Positions 24,634-37,989 of a DNA stretch of 64,000 nucleotides are shown here, one piece after another (the first letter of the stretch is position 1; the number at the start of each line of letters is the position of its first letter). The stretch is from positions 85,002,001-85,066,000 of the forward strand of contig OX597817.1 in assembly GCA_951406725.2 (NCBI GenBank). The letters run 5' to 3'. Origin of the DNA: Octopus vulgaris (Eukaryota). A program made the translations under genes and the position numbers. The notes beneath the pieces are model-generated. The model had not been told where the DNA came from. It searched no databases and worked only from the letters and a program-made list of their open reading frames with translations.

Positions 24634-27600
24634 CTAAATAAAGCTTCCAGTTACACTCCATCTTCCATATCAAGGATTTAGAATAGATAAACACACACAC
24701 ACACACGCGCAATGGATTTCCTGTAGTTTCTGTCTATCAAATTCACTTACATGGCAATGTTCAGCCCAGAGCAATAGAAGACATCCTAGGTGTCATGTAG
24801 TAGGACCAAGCCCAATGGCCCATGGTTGCAAAGAGAGCTTCTTAGCCACACAACCAAACTTGTACCTATATGCTGGAAAATTTGTTTTCTGGTATTTGTC
24901 CTGAGTCCAAATCCTGCCAAGGTCAACTTTGCCTTGTGTCCTTTCAGGGTCAATAAAATAAAACACCACCCAAATACTAGAATAGATATAATTGACTAGC
25001 CTCCACTTCTTCCTCCTCAAAATTACAGCTCTAGTGTCTAAATTAGAAACAATTATGATACAGTCATCATTCAAGCCAAGGGTATGCGACAGAAACTAAG
25101 TCGTTTTTCATACTGCTGTTAGGGAAGAGTTAAATTTTTATGCTGTCTTATATTTCTGCTGTTTCATTCATGGATTTTTTGAAGTAGTGACCATGTACAT
25201 TTAGGTGTACAGCATATTTTATGCCAGAGAATTTATATTTTATTGAACCCTATTTATTGAATGGCCAAGTACAAGATGGTAAAGCCCAAGCATGGCTGCA
25301 GTCTACAGACAAAAGTAAAATTCACACAGAAATATTGTAAAGTGAATTTATTTTTTCATATACTTCACCCACTTCTTAAGAAAAAATTAAGTTTCAGTTC
25401 TTCAGTACATTTTAGCCATCATGGAGCAGTGCCTTTGTAAGCATCTTAAATCAATTTCTGAATTCATAGGCAAGAACTTTTTCTATAAAGCATTAAATCC
25501 CTAATTTATAGTTTTCTAAACTTACAGAGAAAAAGTGTTTCATGTATGCTTACATATATAGATAAGAAGCAGATAGAGCACAAATAAAGGATTACTGTAT
25601 TTGAATAAAACTAGCAGTGAAGGAAGAAGGATGGTAGGGCTGTAGATTTTATGTAACTTTATTTTGTAAAAGTATCAACAATTAAAGATAAGTGCACTAT
25701 CAACTGATAAATAAAAAAAGAAATCTACAACTTAAAACTGCTAATACTGGAACATATTTTACAAAATTCTACATGATGAAGACCAAGTTGTCATCCCTAT
25801 TTAACATGGTTGACCTTATCAATTTTAGTATAGAAATTGTTTGTGCAATAGCTTTCAACACTTCTTATCAACCCTACTTAGCAATCTAAACAAATTTAAT
25901 TCCAAGAAACTTTTGAATTCCCTGTAGAATGTGAGAAGACTACCTCCAAATGTATACCACATGTCAACAACTGTAAGTCAACCCTGATTTTATACTCCCA
26001 CCTTAAATTTTTTTTATATTTAACCCCTTTGATAACATCCTACCTGAAACCATGCTTGGTTCAATAATACAAAATATCCCATTTCAAAGTATTAGTATTT
26101 AAATTAAAACTAATATAATTTTATGCAAGAATCTATCATGTTCTAAACATCGACTTAACAAAAAAGTCAACCATTAAATTCCTCCAAATTCTTGATTATT
26201 TTCAAAATTAATTGAATCATAGAAAAAAATTCACAAAAGGGAGCAAACTTTTTCTGAAGTTTAAAATTGTTTGCAATTAAGAAAATGTTCCAAGATGTTC
26301 AGCAACATCATTTAACATTCATGTTCCATGCTTGGATGAGCTGGATAGTTTGACAGGATTTGATGGGTCCAAGGATTACATTATGTTCAAGTGTCTGCTT
26401 CTGCAAGGTTTCTTTGGTGTGATGCCCTTTTTGATGCCAACCGTTTTACAGCATATACTGGGTGTTTTTTGTTCCATCAGCACAGGTGAGGTTGCCATGC
26501 AGCTTGCAAGACTACAACCCAGAGGGAGGCAAATTTATGCTAAAAGATGAGGGTTTAAAATAGGAGAGAAAAGGCCAGAGCAGACCAGGTTTCTTATTGT
26601 ATATGACAATTCACATTTTAGAAGAGAGGGTGGGAGTGATTGGATGGAGCTGCAAAGAGATAAAAATAATGGTACTGAGGTGTCTGGATGGACCTTCAAA
26701 GTATGAGTTGAGCAGTAGTGGGTGAGGACAAAAGAATCAGGAATGTAAGTGGGTGGAGGTTGCAAGAGTGATCTAGGAAAGTGAGATATGGGAATAGGTT
26801 AGAGAAGGGGAGGTAGACAACAAATGTAAAGACTGGGTAGAATGATGGATGGATACAGAGTGGGGTTAGTTTTAGTCATGAAAAATGATGCGTCTTATTG
26901 GGCATTAGCTGTAGCAAGATTTTGAACTCATAATGGTTTAAGGCTACAGAAAATATACATGTAATAAAACATAGTTTATGTAATAAGCCTTATTTTCACT
27001 AGAATTGCTGTTTTAATCTATTTGTTTAAGACGCTGCTTGTTTTTTCAAAATTAATGAAGATCTCTTAATATTTTAGTGTTTATTGATTAAGAGAAAGAT
27101 AATCTTCACATGTCAATAATGAAAATAATAGTTAAGTAATACAAAAAAGCAAAGAAAAAATTGTTGAACAAAATGTATGGTGGCATTTCATTCAGAATGA
27201 TACTGATTTGAGATTTCTAGTGCAGCACATATTGATATAATAAAATGTGCAAATAATTTAGACTTAAGGAGTGGAAGTCTCTGTATACTTATAGTAGATC
27301 TATTATTTCAACAAGTTATGTAGTGTTTGTGATAGTGTCATTGATTAACATACTATGAAGTTGAGCAATATTTACTCTCTTAAAAGGTAATTGGCTGACT
27401 GGCTGTGCAGTAATTTAAACAGGTATAACTTGCTAGCAAGAAGAGAGAGAATGGGGGTGGGGGTGCATAAGAATAGAACAATAAAGTAGGTGCAGACAAA
27501 GTAAAATCTGAAAAGTCATTTTTAAGTTGGGTGGATATATTAAAAAAAAAAAAGGTAGATCACATTCGAGAAAGTAAGTTTCATAGAGTAGTAACAATTA

Positions 27601-28165
27601 AAAATTGAGGAAATATATAAATGATAATGAATTTTCAGAAAGGCTAAAGTTAATTATAGTAAAGGATTCAAATATGTACATTTTTAAATTGTTGCCAAAC
27701 TTAAAGGTTGTGAATATAACTAATGATTCTAGAATGTTTTTATGCAAAAGCAACACAAAATTTCCTTCAGGATTTATATATATATATATATATATTTTAG
27801 CAAATCCTGCAAAAGAAAGATGTTTCAAAAGCCCAGATCTAAGAGAGATAAAATCTCTTCAATTGAAACACGTATTGCTATCTTCTTTCTCTCTTTAGAT
27901 ATGTTTATAAAAAATATTTTTTTTTTGTCTATGACTTCAGTAGAAAATGAATTATAAACATTAGATGCAAATAGCTTATACCCCATCTGAAGTGTTTTCT
28001 TACTGAAGATAATGAAAAATATTTCAGAAAATATAAACTATTCAGATTAGATATTACTCAAAGATTCAAAAGTATGTCATATAAATGTTTGCAAAGGTGA
28101 GTCTTAGTTCATTTTCTTTCTATTAGAGGATTTTCATCTCACACTTCAAGAGGAATTGCAAACAT

Positions 28166-28329
28166 GCGCAGGAGTGGCTGTGTGGTAAGTAGCTTGCTAA
28201 CCAACCACATGGTTCTGGGTTCAGTCCCACTGCGTGGCATCTTGGGCAAGTGTCTTCTGCTATAGCCCCGGGCTGACCAATGCCTTGTGAGTGGATTTGG
28301 TAGACGGAAACTGAAAGAAGCCTGTCGTA

Positions 28330-28379
<50 letters not shown>

Positions 28380-28600
28380 GTGTGTATGTGTTTGTGTGTC
28401 TGTGTTTGTCTCCCTAGCATTGCTTGACAACCGATGCAGGTGTGTTTACATCCCCGTCACTTAGCGGTTCGGCAAAAGAGACCGATAGAATAAGTACTGG
28501 GCTTACAAAGAATAAGTCCCGGGGTCGATTTGCTCGACTAAAGGCGGTGCTCCAGCATGGCCACAGTCAAATGACTGAAACAAGTAAAAGAGTAAAGAGT
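28166..28600 (+). mobile_element. Full-length young family A SINE with internal (TA)n and CR1-LINE-type tail
   Basis: Pol III-like head (TGGCTGTGTGG A-box-like, GGTTCAGTCCC B-box-like), TTGGGCAAGTGTCTTCTGCTATAGCC, (TA)n at about 28328-28376, tail AAGGCGGTGCTCCAGCATGGCCACAGTCAAATGACTGAAACAAGTAAAAGAG. Confidence 0.9.
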
Positions 28601-29355
28601 ATGCAATTTTGGATGTCTTACATAACATTTAAAGGTGGAATCCATCAATTCAGTCAAGTGAGCTTCACTCATTAGCTATACAAATTTCACATTACATGCA
28701 AAAGTGTATTGTATTAAATACAACCATAACAGTTCAAACTGCTCTGACAAAATTTCCCCGTTTTTTTTTTTAAGCTAGCAAATAAGGTTAAATTGCGGTA
28801 TTTTGTAACATTTTTCTTCAAAATTAATTACTATTAATATTTTGGGGAAAGTAGCAGTATCACTGCTTAACTCATAATTAGGTAACTTAGAAAAGAAGTT
28901 TTAAGAATTTATTTCTATGAACAAGTTAATTTATCTATTAAAAACAAATACAGATTTTCTTACTAGTAAAAATATTTATTTCAAATGAATCATACTGAAG
29001 ACATTTTATAAATCACCTAAGTAGCTGAAGTTTTGTTTATACCTACAACTGAAATCTTACAAAATATTTTTTTAGCTTTTTAGTTGGATTAAAGAGGCTG
29101 AAGTTCAAATATAAAAAAAGAAAGAACTTCAATATTTTAATCTCCCTTTGAACATTGATCATTATTATCATCTGTACAAGGAAGCATGGTGGCAAGAAGC
29201 ATTTTGTCTGTATGTTCTGAGTTAGAATTCCACTGAAGCTGACTTTGCCTCTCATCCTTTCGGGGACAATAATGTAGCTACCAATCACATACTGGGGTCG
29301 ATGTAATTGACTATCCCATTCCTCAAAAGTTCAGGTCTTGTGCCAACAATAGAAT

Positions 29356-30582
29356 CAACTAAGTTCCCGCAGTTTATTTTAAAATTTTAATTTTTTTAAA
29401 AGGTTTAATAAAAAATAACAACTAATTAATCAATAATGTATTCACCCTTGTTGTTTACAACTTCTTCCCAACGTTCAACAAGATTTTCAATACCTCATTG
29501 GTAGAAATCACCTGATTTCGACTCGAAAAATTGATCCAACCAAGCTCTCAATTCTTCATCAGTATTGAATAAAACTCCACGCATAGCATTTGAAAGAGGT
29601 GGAAATCCGTTGGTGCCAAATCAGGAGAGTATGGTGGGTGTGGCAGCACTTCCTAGCCAGGCGTTTGAATGGCTTCCTTGGTCATATTGACGATATGAGG
29701 GCGGGCGTTGTCATGCAGAAGAACTCCATGCTGACGATTAGATCTTTTCTCTTGAATAGCCATGTTGAGTCATTCCATCTATTGAACATAGAGTTCTGTG
29801 TTGACCATTTGGTTCTGCTCAAGCAATTCGTAATGGATAATCCCTTCCTGGTCCCACAATACACACAACATCGTTTTACGTGGATGAAGAACTTGTTTCA
29901 CGCGTGGTGTCGCTTGTTTACCGGGGCTAAGCCACTCCTTACGCTACTTCATATTGATGTACAAGCACCATTTTTCATCACCAGTAACAATTCAATAAAG
30001 AAATTGTTGCTTGTGTCCATGAGTTGAGCAAGCAAACCAGCGGAGATTGTGGCTTGTTGATTTTTGTTGTTGTCACTTAAAGCATGCGGAACCCATGCTC
30101 CATACTTCTGAACCTTTCTCATCGAGTGAAGATGATTCTCTGTAGCAGTGTGAGAGCATTCCATTTTCTCTGCCAGTTCCCTTGTCGTTTGATGAGAATT
30201 TTCGACCAAAAGTTGGTTTAATCGCTCTTCATCAAACTCAACTGGATGGCCAAACTGAGGTCAAAATTTCCATTTTTGAATTTGGCATACCAATCACGAG
30301 TGGTTCTTTCAGCTATAGCACCCTCTCCATATACAGCACAAATGTCGCAAGCAGCTTTTGCAACCTTAGAACCTTGATTTAAAAGCAAAAAGAAGGAGGT
30401 GTCGAAAATGCTCTCTCTTAACTTGACATTCCATTTTAATGATCTGAAAATAAACAAAAATTAACTAAAATTAACTAGAAAAAAAAAACAAAATAGATTC
30501 CAAAATGATTCAAAAATAGAATTTTCGACAAAAATAGATTCCAAAATTTAAAAAAACAGCAGGAACTTAGTTGCCAACCCAA
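29356..30582 (-). mobile_element. Near full-length mariner (DD34D) transposon with pseudogenised transposase
   Basis: TIRs CAACTAAGTTCCCGCAG (29356) and GCAGGAACTTAGTTGCCAACCCAA (to 30582). Minus-strand frames give ICAVYGEGAI, WVPHAL, IVTGDEKW, LHDNARPH and HPPYSPDLAPTDFHLF, with frameshifts and stops. Confidence 0.95.
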
Positions 30583-30589
30583 AGCACAT

Positions 30590-30735
30590 GAATGAGAAAC
30601 AAGGTCGGAAAGAATTATACTTGAATACTGGAGGTAGAGTGATATGCTTTATTATTAAAGCTGTAAAAACATCACCGAAAAAACTGCTACTCAGAGTTTC
30701 ACATTCCCATTCGTCAGACAGTTGAGGTTCCGAAT
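30590..30735 (-). mobile_element. Penelope-like element terminal fragment
   Basis: Carries a minimal hammerhead followed on the minus strand by AATAATAAAGC, an arrangement typical of Penelope pseudo-LTRs. Confidence 0.55.
30682..30723 (-). ncRNA. Minimal type I hammerhead ribozyme
   Basis: Minus strand AACTGT-CTGACGA-ATGGGAATGT-GAAA-CTCTGAG-TA-GCAGTT: 6-bp stem I, CUGANGA and GAAA core, weak stem II, short stem III, GUA cleavage triplet. Confidence 0.7.
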
Positions 30736-31890
30736 ATACATATATATATATACAAACACACACACTAAGGTCAACTATGTGATGCTATTGGGTGAAAGGA
30801 TAGAAGAGAGTTATGTAATTAAACAGTTAAAAGGTGAGAAAGAGAGGATTCACTAAAAGGAACATGATGTTGATGTATCTATCCTTCCATAGATACCTAG
30901 AGAGATAGAAGATAGGAAGATGGATTAAAATGAAATAACCTTAGTTAACACATAGCTGTGGCCATGCTAGGATACTAAAATTATCAAACTTATTTTTAGT
31001 TGGTAGATTTAAATGATCTTCGATTTTATTACTAGTAAACAGATACATACATTGAAAGAAAGATAGACAAAACAAAATTGATAATAAAAATAATCTTGAT
31101 TGGCAAAAAACTTGGACTGAGCCTTGTTACTGATAGTAGTGGTGGTGGTGTCAGTGGGGATAGTGGTTAATGATGAAGGTGGCAGCGAAAAAGTGTAGTT
31201 TAATTAAAAAAATTTTTTTTTTTTATTGCCCATCACTTAACGAATGTGCTTTAGTGTAATTAATTATTGTCTGCTCACTGGAAAATCATGAAATATGGAC
31301 AACGATAGACATCAGTTAAGAAAAGAAAGAATGATATGGTTCAGAGTAAAGTGATTATATATATATATATTTTTCAAACATCTATTTTAAGATTTGTTAA
31401 AACTTTTAACAATGTGCTGTAGCAGAATAATTACAGATAATGGCTTCAATTTGGTTCCACAGTTAAGATTGTTTACTACTTGACATTAAGTGAAAAATGA
31501 TAATTCAATAAGTAGGTGTAAGAACATAGCTTTCAGAGGTGTTTCTTGAGTTTTCTACCTTCAGTATTACCTATATGAACTTCTCAAGAATTTAAAGCTT
31601 CAGAAAAACATACAATTCCAACTTAGAATTTTCAAAATAATTGTGGAATTCTCACATACTGCAATTGTTATAATTGTTACATGAGTTTGGACAACTGGAA
31701 TCTATAGACCATTGGTGAGTACATGAGTAAAAAAATGTGATACATCATTATAGAGAAATGCTATTTAAAAACTGAAAACAAGATTTTATAAATCAGAAGA
31801 ACCAAATACTGCCCCAAGGAATAATCATATCATATAAAATAGTAGAATGGATGGGGAATCAATATTACTTAACAGTAGACTAGATAGTTT

Positions 31891-32020
31891 TTATTCTTGA
31901 TCAATTTTTTCAACTCTCCTTAATCTCTTCTACTTCACTAGCTGACCTACCTTGTAGTGTGGTAAAAGTGAATAAAGAGAGTTGAAAAACAAAAAACAAA
32001 AAAAAACTGATTAAGAATAA
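31891..32020. repeat. Imperfect inverted repeat / hairpin
   Basis: TTATTCTTGATCAATTTTTTCAACTCTC pairs with GAGAGTTGAAAAA...AACTGATTAAGAATAA. Confidence 0.6.
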
Positions 32021-32595
32021 AGAGGATGAGGCATGTTTTTCAAATTTAGCCAATATAGAAAATAATTATTCACTGAAATATGGTAGATTATAATTTATTT
32101 ATAACAAAATGTTTAATTTTGCAAGCAATTCTCTATGTTCCTTGATTCTTTGACACCCAAAAGAGACACATCTGTAAATGGAGAATCAATTATTACTTCA
32201 AATTTGAGTGTCACTACACACCCATACACAAACATACATCCAGTGAATATATCAAATATCAGAGAAAATATAGAGAAAACTGTAGTAAACTGGAAGAAAA
32301 TGTCATTAAATGTCAAATTTATATGACAAAAAAGTCAACTCAGTGAGTAAATAGGTTTCCATTAGCAACATTATTAATGAAAGAGTAAATAAACTTTTAA
32401 TTTGAAGGCAAACTTTGAAAGAGACCAGTCCAATATCTGCCAACATCAAATTATCATCATACGTTAAATGTCTATTGTTTCTTTATTGACATAGATTCAG
32501 TATACATTAAAACTATGTATCAAAGAAGTTTCACATCAAAGGTCGACTCTAACCACTCTAAACTAAATTTCTTTACCACATATATATATATGAAT

Positions 32596-32820
32596 GTGGT
32601 GAAGCTGGCAGAAATGTTAGCACGCTGGGTGAAATGCTTAGCAGTATTTCATGTCTTTATGTTATGAGTTCAAATTCCGCTGAGGTCGATTTTGCCTTTC
32701 ATCCTTTTGGGGGTCAATAAATTAAGTACCAGTTGCATACTGGGGCCAATCTAATCAACTAGCCCCCCCCCCCCCACTCCCTAACAATTTCAGGCCTTGT
32801 GCCTAGAGTAGAAAAGAATA
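32596..32820 (+). mobile_element. Family B SINE, near full length
   Basis: Head GCTGGCAGAAATGTTAG, B-box-like GAGTTCAAATTCC, core TTTGCCTTTCATCCTTTTGGGGGTCAATAAATTAAGTACCAG, tail GGCCTTGTGCCTAGAGTAGAAAAG. Confidence 0.85.
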
Positions 32821-33249
32821 TTTCGTACATATAAATGGTATCCATTTATCATAAGTGAATATTCACTCATTAGCCAATGCTTTTGGCACTACATTCAGAT
32901 TACTACTCAAGTAATCAACACATGAATAATGAACCATACTTGTTGATGTCAGGACCCTGATTTTACCAGTTAGGATTGGATTTACATTTCTAAACTTAGC
33001 ATTACATTTGTAAAGATATTCTTCATAACCTGCTCTTCATACAGAGAAATATTCCTTTTCTTTTTTGGTTAACAATGAAACAAGTTTCTAAAACTGTTTC
33101 CATCTACCTTAGTCATTATATAACATCTAATTTCATTTTCTCTACTATTTTGAGTTACCAAATTAACAAACCTTATTAATTCAATAATTTCTCCAATAAG
33201 TTTATTTTCTACCTTGGAATTTTTTTTATCTGAATGGTGAATTAAATTG

Positions 33250-34520
33250 TGAATTTTTTTTTTAATGGTCGAGTTTGGAGTAAGGGTCAGTCGCCACAAA
33301 CCATCTGAAATTTGCTGGTGTCCTGGGTAGGAAGTATTCAGCACAGTGGATAGCTCAGGGATGCCAAAAAGGTAACAAGATTTGGAGAGACAAGTGGGCT
33401 ATGGTGCTTGAGTGGAGGACTAGACTAACTAACTGTGAAGAGTAAAAGCCATTATAATAACAGTAAAAAAAGCATATGGAGAAAACAGCATGCTTGTGGG
33501 CTTGAGACTGGAGTGTATCAATTAGTGATTTCATACCAATCAGTTGAGTGGCCTTCCTTGGATGCAGTCTGGAATGTCTGTGTGTGTTGCAGCAGTAAGC
33601 CACTGTGGGCTTACTTGAGCATTGTACAGTTTCACCAACTGTAGGCAGCTGAAATATCTTCTGGCCTTAAAGAAAAGAGCTTGTTATTAAGATGTGGTCC
33701 TAAGTATGCTAAGGATATGCTTTTGCCTGGAGTGATAGTGAAGCCCAACACTTGAAGAAACTGTGAAAGCTCCAGCTTAGTGCTGCTCGTGTTTAAGGGG
33801 ATATGGTGTGGTGGTGTTTTCATTATATGAGAAGTGCTTGAGTATTTCGCTGTTGAAAGAGAGGGTATTGGTATGACCCCACTAAAGTAGGCTCCCAAGG
33901 TCTCCATTCATGGAATCAATTCAGCTTTGGTGTATGGTGTCTAGGCTGTATGTAAATGATACATGGTTGAAGAAGGTTAGCAAGAAATAAAGAGTTTCAA
34001 GATTCACATAAGACAAAAAAAACCAACTAAACTCTGGAGTACACCAGAATTGACTGAGAGTGGGACAAGAAAAGCATCACAACCACATGCAGTGATGTTA
34101 TCAATCCAACAGATAAATGGGTGGAGCCCGTATGCAGGAAGTTTTGATTGAAGATTCATATGCCAGGAATGGTTGAAGGCTTTGATGACATTTAGGGCGA
34201 CACCATAGATGTCACCAATCTTCTCTAAAGCAATAGCCCACAGATGGATGATAGATTAGGTTTCAAGTGGTTCTAGCTCTGAGGAAGCCACACTGATGAC
34301 AACCAAGGAGAGTGAGTGACTCGGAGAAGTGAGTGGTATATGATGATAGTTAGCTGCTTAAAAGGATTTGCCTATCTTTGGAATAGGACATGATGAAACA
34401 TACTTCCAAATCCCAGGGTATATCCTTGTAGAGAGTGAGAGATTAAAGAGTTTGGATAAATTCTAGGATGTAATGTTTGAGTGCACTGTCAAAGTACTGG
34501 AGATACACTTGCACCATATG
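33250..34520 (-). pseudogene. Ancient non-LTR retrotransposon reverse transcriptase relic
   Basis: Minus strand LSKLFNLSLSTRIYPGIWK..PIPK..AANY, HQCGF, VALNVIKAFNHSWH and VNSGVLQ occur in RT-domain order, with stops and frameshifts. Confidence 0.75.
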
Positions 34521-35894
34521 TGTGTGTGTTTATACACACACACCTACACATCATCATCATCACCATGATTTAACATGTTTTCCATACTGGGATGGGTTGG
34601 ATGGTTTGACAGGAGCTGACATGAAAGAGGGTCCATCAATTTTGGTAATTACCTAAGTCAGCACTCCTGCAAATGCCAGCTAACAGAATGTATATAAAGG
34701 AAAACTTGCTTCAGTAGAAACAAGTGTTAGTTTATTCATTCAGTCATGAAGAAATGACTATGAGTTTTACATTATATGAATCAATATTACATAATCCTTG
34801 CTTATATTCATGTTTTTCAACTTGTTAAATGATTTATTTGATCTATATGTTGTTGAAATGGCCATAACCAAGGAATAAATGTGATACTAATACCTTACCT
34901 TCATACTTTTGCTTATTAATTATATAATATATTTCAAGAACTTCAAATGATTGGTTTATCTTAAGCAAATTGATGAAATGGTTTCAAACCACAACTAACA
35001 ATTAAAATATAAAAAATGTATAGTATCATGAATCCCAAGCTTAGTTCCATACATCAGTCAATATCTAAAATAATTGTCTAACTCATTTTTATTTTAGTTA
35101 AAAGTTTAAATAGTATTTGAAAAAATGATAGAGTTAGAATTGCTTCACAAACCTGATGATAATTTATGTTAAAAGAAAATAAGCAATAGAATTTATCCTT
35201 GAGACACACGCACGCACACACTGTAGTAGTGTAGGCAAAAATAGCAACCACTTTTACTCAATTTGAGGATGACTTTAAAAATATGATAGTCTGATTAAAT
35301 AAAAGATAAATCTGAAATTAATGTACTATTACTCAAAAATTAAATTGCATTTTTTAATGAAAAATTCTAAATAAGAGTAAAAATATTATGCCTTCAACAA
35401 TACCTTAAAACAAGAACAAAAGATAACAACTACACAATAGGAATAAATGTGTCTTTTGTTGAAGAAAAAAAAACTCTATTCATTATATTGTTAATTTAAC
35501 TCTTTTCTCAGTAAGTACATGAACTTAGGAATGACATAAGGAAGGCATATATAAGTAGCCTAAACAGAATGTTTCTGAGTCATAAATGTCTCTTCAATTA
35601 ATAGAATTAATCTGCCATTTCAGTATAGTCCAAACAAAAAAAAAAAATTGTTTTTGTTACAAGGAGAATATTGAAAATAGAATGTTCATAACTGATACCA
35701 AGTAAGCATTAATCAGAAAACTAGATAATTAGACATAAAAAGTAAAATAAAATAAAATTATTTTAACATTTAATTTGATAATTTAATGAAAGACCAAATG
35801 GAAAATATATATTTAAACCAAGTGTGAACAAAGAGACAATGGTTTATATAAAGAGGATTTTAAAGAATGAATAGAAAAACACAGGTCTGAATAT

Positions 35895-36279
35895 GGATGG
35901 AAGCACTCCGTCAGTTACGACGACAAGGGTTCCGGTTGATCCGATCAACGGAACAGCCTGCTCGTGAAATTAATGTGTAAGTGGCTAAGCACTCCACAGA
36001 CACGTGTACCCTTAACGTAGTTCTCAGGGATATTCAGCGTGACACAGAGTGACAAGGCCGGCCCTTTGATATACAGGTTCAACAGAAACAGGAAGTAAGA
36101 ATGAGAGAAAGCTGTGGTGAAAGAGTACAGCAGGGATCACCACCATCCCTGCCGGAGCCTCGTGGAGCTTTAGGTGTTTTCGCTCAATAAACATTCACAA
36201 CGCCTGGTCTGGGAATCAAAACCGCGATCCTACGACCGCGAGTCCGCTGCCCTAACCACTGGACCATTGCGCCCCCACT
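35895..36279 (-). mobile_element. Full-length tRNA-derived SINE, family C, with 13-bp TSD
   Basis: TSD CAGGTCTGAATAT at 35882-35894 and 36280-36292; minus-strand head GGCGCAATGGTCCAGTGGTTAGGGCAGCGGACTCGCGGTCG..GGTTTTGATTCCC with A/B-box-like motifs. Confidence 0.92.
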
Positions 36280-37989
36280 CAGGTCTGAATATACACTTTG
36301 TTTAAACATGAAATACCAAACAATTCTCTATATCTATAACAAAAAAGAAAAAAAATCATTTCTTTCAGTGACAATGAAAGGTTTGATTGTTAAATTAAGA
36401 ATGGCAAATTATAAAGTCAATATTTAAAATCATTATAGTAAGTTATCCTTGAATATATTTACGTTTAAACCATCATTAATTTAAGCACCAGTTTGAATGT
36501 GTGTGGGTTGGTGTGTATTTAAATGCACATGTGTTTATGAATTCACACTCTGAATTCAGATCTATACCCCAATTTCACTTAAGTCACCAGTGGATATCAG
36601 AGCAGCTGTGGATGGAAAGTAAATCATTGACTCACTAGTGTGAAACAGTAGTATTGACTTACATAATTACTGACACACAAGTAGCACATACACTCTGTTA
36701 CAGGAATGTATTATTTTAATGTTTATACATATAATTTACAGCACGTGTGTGTGTGTGTATACACACACATGCATGCATGCATGTAGGAGTATATTTCATG
36801 GGTGATAAGACCAACTTTCGAATGTATAAAATGACAACAAACAGAGCAAATGAGATTAGCTCAGGACCATTTATCAGAGAACTTCAACAACCTACAGATT
36901 TCAAGCACTGTATTTCACAGGAAATTCAATTTTTTTCAAACAGCATGTCATCCTTCCTAGTTAAAGACTCCTATACACTTTATTTTCAGTAAGAGATGTT
37001 TTTAGTTAACAGTGCTGATGTTCAAGGAATTAAGGCCATCTTTTGTGACATAATGAAATATGTGTGTGTGTGTGTGTGTGTGTGTGGATTCAAGTTTTAT
37101 TGCACTGAGTGACACTAAGTAATTGTCTTCTACTATATCTCTGGGTTAACCAGTGTGTCTTGTAAGTGAAAATGGTGGACAGAAATTGTATGGCAACTTA
37201 TGCACATATTTGTAAATGCTGATATTTTAAATACACACAGTTATTTATCTCATTTGTATACATCAGACTACATTTTCCAGTGTAAAATTTTGCAAATTAA
37301 AAAGGGAGAGTGTGATTTGAGGAACATTGGGCTACAATGTGTAGCAGATGACATGCCTACACAAAAGCCTCCCTACAGTTCCAAATGACTACAGAACAGC
37401 TGTAGTCAAAAAACTGTAATGAACTATATGCCAGTGATGACAAACCCCTTAGGAAATATGTTGTTCAAAATAGCCTTCATAGGGATGCTTTTTTCCTACC
37501 TTTAACACAAAGTGCAACAAGCCACAATCATGGCCGTAGAGCACAGGTCGACAGGCCACAATCATGGCCCAGTTAAATGCATTTAATTTATGGGCATTCA
37601 TTAGGGTCTAATGTCACTCAAATGCTCTGATACCTCCCAGAATGCAAGAGAACTAATAGTTCAACTAAAGACTTTTCAGATGATGTAAAACTTGCCACCA
37701 TTATATACTAAGAAGATATTTTAACTATTTTTTTGTTTTTTATGTGTGCATGGTAGTCTCTTTTTCATAAAATGTGCCCAGTTGTCTATGCTATGTAAGT
37801 GCAAATCCCAGTGCTTTATGGGTTAATGGACATTGTTTGGAATACTTGAGCAAAATGATCTTCCTTCAATGACAAAAAAAAAATGTTCTACAAATTATGA
37901 GATGGCCAAAATAGTTCAACTCAGAGAGTGTTAGACTGATCTAAAGATCCCTAATTCAGTTGAGAGTTTTGGCATGAGGAGGTTCTGTT

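Noticed and set aside
29590-30027. 145-aa plus-strand ORF
   Set aside because: Antisense shadow of the mariner transposase.
34653-34679. 27-nt symmetric microexon candidate on the minus strand
   Set aside because: Splice-like flanks are expected by chance at this scale; no supporting homology.
36195-36279. tRNA-like sequence
   Set aside because: It is the head of a TSD-flanked SINE, with no complete cloverleaf.
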